From NCBI GenBank assembly GCA_002811645.1, contig PDIP01000142.1, positions 1-64,000 on the forward strand: a stretch of 64,000 nt of DNA, given 5' to 3'. The stretch is from Corallochytrium limacisporum Hawaii (taxonomy: Eukaryota > Protista > Pluriformea). Position numbers and translations under genes: made by a program. Positions 1 to 10,100 of this stretch are shown in pieces; within the stretch, counting starts at the first letter, position 1; every line of letters starts with the position of its first letter. The notes under the pieces were generated by a model. That model worked only from the letters and a program-made list of their open reading frames with translations, had not been told where the DNA came from and searched no databases.

Positions 1-2806
1 GGGGAGGGAACAGGAAGGGCCGCTGCCAGAAACACCTTTTGGCTCTCCCTATTCAGTCTCTTTTCCCGTTCTTCCTGGTTCATTTTCGCTCATTTTCCCC
101 CGGGGTCCGTCCTGTGCAGGAGGAGGGAGAGAGACACGAAATCACACACACGCAAAGAGACAGAAAAAGGAGAGTGTGTGGGCTTGAGATGACGAGAGTG
201 CGAGGGAAACAAGGCAGAAAAAAAAAGGAGACGGCACTGCGACAGCACGACGGCATGTGAGAGCGCGACACAGAGAGACACACAGAGAGAGAGAGAGTGT
301 GTGTGTGTGTGAAGGGAGGAGACGACACGGCGCCGAAAAACCTGACCACCACCACCACTCCCCCACCAAACAGCCACACGGAGCCAACTCAGGCGCGCGA
401 ACAGGGCCCCCTTTCCTCCCACCCCCCGCCCGGTATCGCCCATCCATCCCGTCCCTAATCGCCGCTCGCCCATTCCAGGTTCTCCCTGGTTATCATCGCT
501 TGCACGGTCTCTCTCTCTCTCTCTCTCGGTTTTTACTTTATATTTTGGCCCCGAAACATAAAGGTACTATGTACCACCGACCAGAAAGGGACAGGGACCG
601 GGGGAGAACGAAGAAGAAAGGTACGGTTGGAATTACGAACGCACCCAACACGGACACCGGACACATCACGCACGGATGGTTTCCCATAAAGCGTGGTTGG
701 TTGATTTTGCTTGGCGTATTCATTATCACCGTTACCTCTCCCCCCTCCCCACGGGGGCCGAGCACAGCACGGTAGTTTCGTGTAGTCAGTATATCGCCCC
801 GCGGTACCAACTAAAGAAGTCACATGCGTGCACGTTGTCGATGTCGCAAATCCTGTGAGGCAGTACTGGTAAACATGCTTGTATAATAACAAATTATCGA
901 TCCTCCCCCCCCCCCGGGGGGGGTTTCTTTTTGTTTCAACGTGACCACGGTTTTTTTTTTTTGGCGGCCCCTCAATGTTTCTTAGTGTGCGTGTCCTCAT
1001 CATCATAACCCGAGCGACGGATAGGAACAGAGAAACAAAGTCTTATCTACCTTCTGTTTACTACCATTGCCGCAGTTACTGTGCCTTTTACTATGGGATT
1101 CCAGAAACGGTGATGACTGATGATGACCCCTCCCCCTTCTCTCGCCACCAGTACTCTCTTTAAAGGCGCGTGTGTGCGCGAGCAAGACGTCCTCCTTTTG
1201 TTTCATTCGTTTGCCCAGAACGGGAACAAACGAACAAAACAAACCACCAACTCTCCCGGGAGTTCGCGGTGGTTTTTGGGTTTGGTTCTGGCCTGCCAAG
1301 AGCGTGTGTGACACTCGACGTTTTTCTCCCGGGAATGAGAACACCACGCGTTTTGTGTGCGTGTGCGTGCGTGTGTGTGTGGGGAGGAAGAGAAGAAAGA
1401 AACAAAAAAGGGAATAGAGAGACAAGGGCGAAAAGAGGCCAGGGAGCGCACGAAACAGGAACTATTAAAAAAAATATAGAATAAAAAAGCGCGCCAGATC
1501 GAATGCTAAACAAAACCTAGTACGAAGCAAACGTCAGTGAAACAGAAAGAAACCCAGGGAGGAACAAAGCGCCCCCCCCCCCCGGGGGGGGGGGAGGGGN
1601 NNNNNNNNNNNNNNNNNNNNNNNNNNNNNNNNNNNNNNNNNNNNNNNNNNNNNNNNNNNNNNNNNNNNNNNNNNNNNNNNNNNNNNNNNNNNNNNNNNNN
1701 NNNNNNNNNNNNNNNNNNNNNAGGGAGGAACAGAGCCCCCCCCCCCCCCGGGGGGGGGGGAGGGGAAGGCGGCGCCGCCGATCTGTGCAAACCCAAGTGA
1801 TGCCGACGTTTTCCACTCTTTTTTTTTCTCACCCGCGAATTGTGCTCATTGGTGCGTTTCATTGATGCGCCCATTTCCTTCCTCCCTTTTTTTCTTCTTT
1901 CTTTCTTGATTTTTGTATTTGCTTTCTCGCTCCTCTTTTTTTTAAATTCCTGGTCTCATTTTCTTGTGGGTGCCTCTCACAGGTTCTCTACGGAAAGTAA
2001 CCAGCCCTGCGTGTGCTGACGGGACTGACTGGTCTCGGAATTGCTCTCGGGCGCGCTGCCTCACCAAAAAAGAAGTAAAACGAAGAATGAAAACTCTTCC
2101 TCTCTCGGGTGGCTCACGCCTGGTTGGTCAGTGTGTACCGAACTGGGCAGAAAACGAAAAGGTGCGGTTGTGGTGGGGGACGGAGCCTGCGCCGGAGTTT
2201 GGGGTGCAGAGAAACAGGGGCCCCGAACAACTCGACCACGGTTTGGTTGGGTAGCAATCCCTCCCCCCCTTCCTCTCCTTCTCTCCCTCTTTCCCTCCCA
2301 CAGAAAGACGTAGCGAAGAAATTACAAGAAAACAAAAGAAGACCCCCCCCCCGGGGGGGGGGAGAATTCAGTGGTAGCGCTTGCCGCGTTTCGTTTCGTT
2401 TCGTTTCGCTTGTTTCGTTTTCCGCGCGGTGAAAAACGTGGGTTCAGGGATTGCGAGTCCATTTTCCATTAGTTTTTTTTGTCTCTTTGTTCTTTTTTTT
2501 TTGGGTTGGCGGGGAGACCGACCTTTTAGGACTCTGCGCAGAGGGTTAGCACCGTCTCCCAGTCGCGACACGTCTCTGTGTCTTTGTATATTGGTGGTGT
2601 GAAATCTCCATACTGTGAGTATACGTGGGAGACCCTTTCGGTGCGGACGGCAGGAAAGAAAGTGGCTGACAGCCTTTGGGAGACCACCGCTGATGGGCGG
2701 GGTGGGACAAGGGGGGGGGGAGTGAGACTGTGGCAAGGGAGAGAAAGAAAAAGAAATGGGACAGAGAGAGACAGGGAGCGAGAGAGAGGGAGAGAGAGAG
2801 AAAGAG

Positions 2807-2810
<4 letters not shown>

Positions 2811-2870
<60 letters not shown>
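2811..2870. repeat. (AG)30 microsatellite; further (AG)n/(CT)n/(GT)n tracts at about 284-311, 508-527, 3068-3107, 3536-3566, 3858-3885, 20122-20157 and 26199-26236
   Basis: Dinucleotide runs are directly visible. They produce the spurious ERER/LSLS ORFs in the track. Confidence 0.95.
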
Positions 2871-2872
<2 letters not shown>

Positions 2873-3062
2873 AGAGGGAAGAGAGCCGTGGGTTTGTTTA
2901 CCTTATTTTTTTTTTCTTCCTCCGGTTCCCTTGCTTTGTGGGTCCGAAGAGACCCCCCGGGGGGGGGGGCAAGCGGATGAGTTCGCGTACCCTGTCCATA
3001 TGAACTTGTTCAGATCTGGCGCCGATGCCTCCGGGTTTCTCACGAGTCAAAGGGGCCAAAGG

Positions 3063-3109
<47 letters not shown>

Positions 3110-3855
3110 ACGGAGAAACCCCGGGGCGAGGGCATACCAAGTGTATTGTGGAGACGGAAGGCATGCGATCGCGCCAAGGGATTCGTACACAACATGCACA
3201 TGCACACTCTCTCGACTCCTTTTTCTAGATGTGCAGATGTGAGTCGATAGAGATGATAGAACGTTGGGATCGCACCGCAGTACGATGGGCACAGCAATTA
3301 TGGCCGGAGAAGAGGCTGCAGAAGGCCGCGCGCAGCCTGTGTGAGAGAAGTGGTAGTGGTGCCCAGCTTTGGTGTTGGTGGCGATACTGGTGGATGCCGT
3401 TGCCACTGATCTGCTGCAGTGCGTGTGTAGACTGCATCGCTCTACGCGCACAGAGATCTGAGACCCAGATGAACCGGACACACCCCTTGGAAGGGTGGAT
3501 GATTGCATCCACCCTCATTAGCGCGAGTATGGATACTCTCTCTCTCTCTCTCTCTCTCGCTCTCTCCCGTCTCTTGTCCTTGCTTTACAGCGATACACTT
3601 ATCAACACTCCCATCTGCGAGTTGATTCGATTCCTTCCCATCATCATGTGTGTAGATGGTTCAGTGAGAGAGATGACGACGGGTGTGAAATCGCTCTCTG
3701 GCGAATCCGGGAAGGTGAAGAAAAGATTTCGGGCAGGGGAAGGAATCCAGGCCCTCTCGGAGCATGCTGGACCATGGTTTCCCAGAGAATACGTTGGCTT
3801 CCAGGCTAAATCTGGTTGATGATGACCGCGTGTGCTAGATGTGTGAGAGAGTGAT

Positions 3856-3889
<34 letters not shown>

Positions 3890-3990
3890 CGGGGCGGGGG
3901 TGGGAGAGAGAGTGAGTGAGTAAGTGTGTGAGCGGCCAGCAATGAGAATGATGTTACAGCTGAAATATGACTTTAATTGGGTGCTCAGGT

Positions 3991-5103
3991 TTACGCTTCA
4001 ACAACATAGTTACCCGGGAAGTATCCTTCGTCTCCGGAAGGCAATGCGCCCAAGTACCAGCCATCTGAGCTCTTTGCCTGAATGTAGACAATCTGCCCGA
4101 CGTGGAGGTCAAGTTCATCCTGTTGTTCCGCTTCATATTCGTATCGGACGCGGCAACGACCGATGAACTTGTCGGGCAGGTTGCCCCCTTGGCTACCGGG
4201 GGCAGCAGTGCTCTCGTCAGGCTCGGAAACCTGTGCTGTGGCCGCTGACTGCCGGTCGGCTCCCGGAGGCGGTACCATGGTGGTGGCCAGGGATGTGATG
4301 GATTCAGGGTCTTCCTCACCGCTACTGGCCACTGCCCCGGCCGGTGGGTCGGAGTCTCCCGGTAGGTGAATGGGCCGTCCCGTCTTGTCCATCGCGTAGA
4401 GGTTTAGCCGATCAAAGCCGGTGGTATACTGCCGCATGTACCTGGCTTCAGCTTCCTCGCGGCTGACCACTCGTGTGAAGGGTGTGTCGACCTGGTACAT
4501 GTTCAGTTCCTCCTGGCGAGTTTTGGCCTGGTGCAGCATCATTTTCTGCTCGGCCGTGTTGACCTCTGATACCATATTGTTGATCTTGTCCAGTAGACTG
4601 TCGATAGCAATGCTGGTAAGACTGGCGTTCTCGTTGAGCTGGTAGGCAGCCTGAGATACGGCATTCAAGAGCTCCCGCTCGACGTCCGTCTTGTCCTTCT
4701 GGTTTGCCTTGGTGCGTGCTACCTTGGCCGTGTCCAGCAGGGTCGTGTAGCTCATGAGCAGCTTACGCTGAGAGTCCGGAATGTGTTCATCGAGCTGTCC
4801 TTCCAGCACAGGTACCGCAGCATTCCGGTCCACGGCCAAGGTCCCGTAGGCCGGAGGCTCACACTTGCCGTACGGCTCGGCCTTGATGCCAATGTCTTCA
4901 ATCTCCGTGCGGGATACGCTCCATTGGCCTGGAATCGCGGACTGGTGACGCGACTCTGTCGTCTTTATTTTTTGCTTTTGCCGCACCGCAGCAGGCTTGT
5001 ACAGTTCCTCGTCCGCAAACTCAAAGTCACCATCCGCTGTGCGAGGATTCGAGAACGGTGCACTGTCCAGAGTAGCCGCCGAAGGATTATCAAGGTTCGT
5101 CAT
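3991..5103 (-). CDS. Abi (Abl-interactor)-like WAVE regulatory complex subunit with C-terminal SH3 domain
   Basis: C-terminal SH3: RVRYEYEAEQQDELDLHVGQIV...DGWYLG...EGYFPGNYV. The central helical region (LDEHIPDSQRKLLMSYTTL...AVSQAAYQLNENA...INNMVSEVN...MMLHQAKTRQEEL...RYMRQ) resembles the Abi N-terminal WAVE-binding/HHR region (EEIPSGKRALIESYQNL...LASVAYQINALA...IHKEKVARREIG). The SH3 call is firm; Abi orthology is inferred. Confidence 0.7.
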   Translation of the reverse strand: MTNLDNPSAATLDSAPFSNPRTADGDFEFADEELYKPAAVRQKQKIKTTESRHQSAIPGQWSVSRTEIEDIGIKAEPYGKCEPPAYGTLAVDRNAAVPVLEGQLDEHIPDSQRKLLMSYTTLLDTAKVARTKANQKDKTDVERELLNAVSQAAYQLNENASLTSIAIDSLLDKINNMVSEVNTAEQKMMLHQAKTRQEELNMYQVDTPFTRVVSREEAEARYMRQYTTGFDRLNLYAMDKTGRPIHLPGDSDPPAGAVASSGEEDPESITSLATTMVPPPGADRQSAATAQVSEPDESTAAPGSQGGNLPDKFIGRCRVRYEYEAEQQDELDLHVGQIVYIQAKSSDGWYLGALPSGDEGYFPGNYVVEA

Positions 5104-5693
5104 GGCCCTGTGGGAAATTCTCTATCCCACTTTATTGCCGTTGTTTGAGACACTGGCGTGTGTGTGTGCGTGTGTGATTTTTCTGCTTTCACGACCCATT
5201 GGTCTTCAAGTAAGTTTCTTTATACATTATAATGTTGTCTTTGTTGGCGCCGTCCGTAGGGGGCCGGGGCGGTTGTTCAGCGTAGGAGTCCCGAGGGGGA
5301 CCCAAACCCGTCCCTGTACTTTGGGACCGAACGCCCCGAGCGGGCTCCGCGTAGGGCTGGTTTCACCACCGTCCAAACCACCGGCCGTCTGGCGCGCCAA
5401 AAAAGAAAAAAAAGAATTACGAAAAATAAACAGTGACAAAGCCAGTCAAGGTCACCTCCGGGAAGAAGAAAAAAAGGGGGGGGGGGTTGTTCCCGTCCCT
5501 ACTCGGCGGCCAGGGGCTTGGGACCGCGGACCAGAGGTGAGCTCGACGCAGGATGTCACACCGGCCAGCCGGAAAACGGGGGGCGGCCTCTGAGTGCACG
5601 CACGCAGAGGCGGCTGAAAGAGTCTTGTGGATCTTTTCCGCGTGTACGTGTGACGCTACTGAACGAAAACTTTGGCCGCTGAGAGCCAAACGC

Positions 5694-6272
5694 TCATACA
5701 TTGAGGTCGCAACAGAACCGTCGATTCGGATCGATGTAGGTATTCTCATGGTGAACAGATTTGGAGGAGGTGCGGCAGCGCGCCCGGCAGAAGTCAAATT
5801 TATCCGTGGTCAGCAGGTAGACTACTTTCTGTGCGTGGCGAATGTAACCGCCAATCTCGACATTGCTGTACCGCATGCAGCAAGCCACGCAGCTCTCGTA
5901 CTCGCCACAGCACATACTATCCGGGGCGCAGGTACTGCACGCATCAGTGTCTGCAGTCCCTTTGCAACAGCCACGACTGTCAATCTGATCCATGGTACAT
6001 ATCCGCCCGTGGTCGTCAACAGCCCTTGTGGGGCTTTCGACGGTTCGTCTGCATGGCACCTGCGGAGTGTCCGTATCAGGGTCCACGTCGTCGCGCCTGT
6101 TTATCCATTGCTGTGCTAGCTCGATGTAGTATGACGACCCATGGTCATCGTCCCCGGAGTTTGGCGCAGAATTCGCACTCATGTAGTAGTTGTAGACCAG
6201 AACAGTCGCCCCAAACACCACAAAGGCTATTCCAAGCAATGTCAACCGCTTGACGAAGCTTGCGGCAACCAT
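5694..6272 (-). CDS. SPRING1: SREBP-regulating gene protein (SPRING1/C12orf49/UPF0454 family), type II membrane Cys-rich protein
   Basis: N-terminal TM helix, then the family Cys pattern DDHGRIC...GCC...CSTC...CCGEYESCVACCM...FDFCRARCRTSSKSVHHENTY...FCC. First ATG is at 6272; the track starts at a non-ATG codon. Confidence 0.85.
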   Translation of the reverse strand: MVAASFVKRLTLLGIAFVVFGATVLVYNYYMSANSAPNSGDDDHGSSYYIELAQQWINRRDDVDPDTDTPQVPCRRTVESPTRAVDDHGRICTMDQIDSRGCCKGTADTDACSTCAPDSMCCGEYESCVACCMRYSNVEIGGYIRHAQKVVYLLTTDKFDFCRARCRTSSKSVHHENTYIDPNRRFCCDLNV

Positions 6273-6880
6273 TTCTGGCGGTGTTTCGGTCCTGCTCACG
6301 TCAATGGCATCTTCAACGCAACACTTGCTTACCGTCTGCTGCTTGTCATTTGCACACAATGGTCACGGAACCCTTCACATTTTGCAACCAGTATCACGGA
6401 AAAAAAGAGGACTATTCTCATGGAGCGTGACACTTGGCATCACCAACTGGTCGAGACCCAATCGTGATGCTCTGAAAGCACGCAGTGTCGAATCATGGTG
6501 TCTTTGATTTCTTTTCAAGAAATACCAGAGTTTGTGACGAGTTGTTTTGCTTCCCTCTTTTGTAATGTTTCCTTCTTTGCCCGCCGTTCGACGTACGGTT
6601 CGGGGTGCGGGGTGGGAGAAAGAACAGCCGCCCCGCGGGTGGGTTGTCTGCGCTCTGTTTCTATCGCCTTTGAGTGCGCCTCCACTGGCACGCAGAGGCG
6701 TTCCTGGAAAAAAAAAAAAAAAAAAAGAAAATGGAAGGAAGGCAACAAACCACCAAACTCCGCTCCCCCCCTCCTCTGGGGGGCCTTTTCTTGGGCCCGG
6801 AGGGAAAAATTTAAGGTCCAACCAGCCCCCCTCTCCACAAGAATCGATTGGCTTGGTGGGCTCTTGACCAATATCTGGTA

Positions 6881-7029
6881 TGGGCTAATCTGGACCGATC
6901 GGACTCGGACATGCACCAACATGGAGCTGGCATGATATACAAAATGAAATTAGGACTAAATGCGATACATTAAGGTAAAAGTGCGAAAAAAGAGCAAAAA
7001 ATTAAACGGGGACCGCCGGAATTCGAACC
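6881..7029 (-). repeat. att-like direct repeat copy 1: displaced tRNA-Pro 3' fragment (7008-7029) plus duplicated tRNA downstream flank
   Basis: 6881-6957 is identical to 13661-13737 (77 bp). The remainder aligns with about 8 substitutions and 2 single-base indels by eye. GGGGACCGCCGGAATTCGAACC matches the last 22 nt of the tRNA at 21/22. Weaker similarity extends left to about 6830 (AATCGATT-GGCTTGG, CAATATC). Confidence 0.95.
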
Positions 7030-7102
7030 TTAATATTTTACACAGGTGAAGGAGCAGCCTTATCCCCTGCCCCAGCGCAAGGTGTGCGCAAACGAGTCTT
7101 TC

Positions 7103-10100
7103 CTATAATTTCCTTATGGAGTTCGTGCTTTTTGGTAATTTCCTTTTTCTTTCGTCGTCTTTCGGCTTCTCAGAGTTTTCCCTCTCCCTGTTCTTAGGGC
7201 CGCTACCATACTTTGTACGAGTACGTCTTCGTCGTCTGTTCTGGCTGCTGTGACTCTTTACATCCCGGGGTTGCAAGAAGTCATCGCTTCCATCGTCATC
7301 ATCATCACCACCATCGTGGCAGACTTGATCCCCTGGAACCAGCTGGGCGGTCCTTGTCACTTCGACCAAGGGGCTACGTTTCAGCCGACATGTCTCAGTT
7401 GCAGTCCGAACGTAGGGAGACAAGGGCTTAGGCAGTTTGTGGGAACCTGTGTACGGACCCAGAGGCATGGAAGTCCACCGTGTTGCTGCTGCAGCCACCG
7501 GCGGCTCTGGCTTGAAATCACCTTCGGCCGTGTTCTGCTTCCGCTTAGCGTCGTCAGAATAGGGCTGCATGGAATGAACCACAGGACAGCAAAGTGCACT
7601 GCGCATGTGTGTAAAGACATCAGCAAAGCACACTTCCAGAGCAAAGCTGGCCAGGTGGGACTGTCTGCGCGGATCTTCCAATAGGTACCGATCAAGCATG
7701 ACGTCGACGGTGTGGCCCATGGCAGTGGCCAGTTGCTCGAGGAACAGTTTTTTGCCCCCGCTGCCCGTGGTGTCGATCAGGCTTAGTGTATAGGTTACGG
7801 CCAAGTGGCGTACCTTGTGGCTTGTCATTTTGCATTGGCCTCCGCTGAGAGTGTCCAGGGCACTCTTGAATGCATCGCCCACCGCCTGTTTGCACGACGC
7901 ACACTCTTCCCGTGCCCCGGCTGGATCAGCCTGTGTCGGACACCGGGTGCACTTGAGCGGAAACAGGGGCATTCTTTGTTTCAGCGAAGTCATTTCCTTG
8001 GTTGTCCTCGCCAGGTAGGCGCACCGGGCGTGCATACGCTGTTGTAGCTCCGGCACGGTCAATGCTGCCGCGTCAGATGGTCGTGGCATTGCTGCAGTTG
8101 GTTCCCCGTCGGGTCCCTTCCGGCTTGTGGGGATTGGGTACAGCGCCATGTCGGGAGGAAAGACGGAGTCTGGTAGGGCCACTGGCAAAATGTAGTCAAC
8201 GTACCACTCGAGCATGCGACAAGTGTACCTGTCTAGGCAGGTGCGGTCAATGTAGGCATAATGCCAGCGACTGGTCTTGTGTCTGAGGGGCCACAGAATG
8301 TGACCTCTGTGGGAGGCAGGATCGGAGGTACCCTTATCCGCGGTGGCAGGGCAAAAGGACCGCACGTTCGCTGCCCTGAGCACACCCTGGCGCGGAAAGC
8401 CACAGCCCATGACCTGTAGAATCAAGTGGGTCTGAATTGTGTAGACGAAGTCACCCAGTCTTCGGGAAGGAGTCGTCGATTCCTTCTTCTTCGCAGTCAG
8501 TGCCGTCCCATCGTTATCATCATGACCACCACCATCCTCCTTCGGTGACCACCATGGTGAGGTCGCAGCAAAGTTCCCGCCGGATCTGACCTGCTGAAAG
8601 ATGGGAATGAGGACCTCCTGGCATGACTGGTTCAGGTAGTCATCCAGACCCTTCAGCCCATCCCGGCTGATCTTGCCGGTCGCCAAGGCACGATCGTGGG
8701 AAGAGCAATACTTGTCCATCTTCTTTTGGTGCGTGTCCAACTTTCTGATGGCAATTTTCAGATCACTGATGCTCTTTTGCCAGGTGGCCAGGACACTGGC
8801 ACCGGTCATCTTCTCTGCCACAAGGCGGAGCTGTTGGACTCCTGCGCCGGTGTTGTCGAATCTAGCCCTCGCGCTACCCGAGAACGGCTGTTTCTTTCCC
8901 TTCGCCATCTTCAACACAACGCTACGCAGGGAACTGCTGATATTGAGCACCTTGCGCATCTTCAGTTCCAAAGTCCTGGGTGTGTTGTACCGGGCGCGAA
9001 GCTTTGGGTCCCCACGGGCATATGCTACGCCAATGGCGTGAAAGTGGCGGCAGAAGGAAATGTGCTCGTCCTGATGTGCGTTCTGGAACGCGACAAATGC
9101 TTCGACCAACGAGCGTTCGGACAGAAGCTGGATCCATGATACCACCATTCTGTGGTCATAGAACGGCTGCAGCAGTTTGGTTGGGTCAGTGAACACACCC
9201 TGTTTTGAGACTGAAACCATCCAGCCATGGGCCCGATGGCAATGGCACAGGTATTCACGTACAGCGCTGAGATGGTGCATGGTCGTCTTGCGCGGCTGAC
9301 TTGCTGCGATGGCCAAGAGTACTTTCCACTGTTGTTGGTCGCCGCAGTGAGTCTGTCGCCAAGACAGGTACCAATGGCATCGCTGTAGCGCTGTGGCGAC
9401 AACGGGGCCAAGGATGTGCCATAGGGTCTCGCCATGCCTCCTGACAAAGGACATCCAGTCCATTGCAGTCTTAGTCGTGGCATTCTTTGGATGAGGGTGA
9501 CGGGCATCGTCGTTACTGACAAAGTCACCGCGGCCCAGTGAAGTCTCGTCCACAATGAGGTCGAGGTTCGTGTTTGGCAGCCTGTGGAGAAGGGCAATAG
9601 GCACCACAATGCGGCTCAAGGCCAGCAACGCGCAGACATCTTCCGTGTCCTCGTCATGGTCATCTTCATACAAGTTGTGGCTGCGGTCACAGTCATCCGC
9701 ATCGTCATCATCAACCGTTTCGTCCCAAACAGAATCCTCTTCGGTCTCGTCATGACCATTGTCCCCAGTGGTCGAGCCGTCTCCCAACAATTGCCCCTTT
9801 AGCCCCCTATCCGCGATTGCTCCGGGCTCCGGCTGCTCCCGCTTGGGAGCACTGTTGTGGTGCTCAACGCATTCCTCCTTCACCTTCACCTTCTCCTTCA
9901 CCTTCTCCTTCACCTTCTCCTTCTCCTTCTCCTTCTCCTTCTCCTCCCTCTCGTCGTCGCCGCCTTCTTTTTCTTCCTCTTGCAGTTTGTAGTAGACGAT
10001 CAAATCCGTCGTCGGATTTATCGGTGGAATCACAGCTGGGATGGTGGCGGTGGAGGCGAGTTCAGTCGGTGTAGCGCCGCACTTGTTGTACTTGTCAGAC

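Noticed and set aside
1-3900. Many 60-200 aa ORFs (ERERER, LSLSLS, HTHT)
   Set aside because: They are translations of microsatellites and homopolymers, with no domain motifs and mostly non-ATG starts.
6579-6592. GCCCGCCGTTCGAC as a possible third, older tRNA 3' fragment (tandem att site)
   Set aside because: Only two short matches (CCGCCG, TTCGA) with a 3-nt gap; not distinguishable from chance.
9876-9945. (TCCTTC/CACCTT)n tandem repeat as an independent repeat or CRISPR-like array
   Set aside because: It is a coding hexamer repeat for the EK/VK linker, with no spacers.
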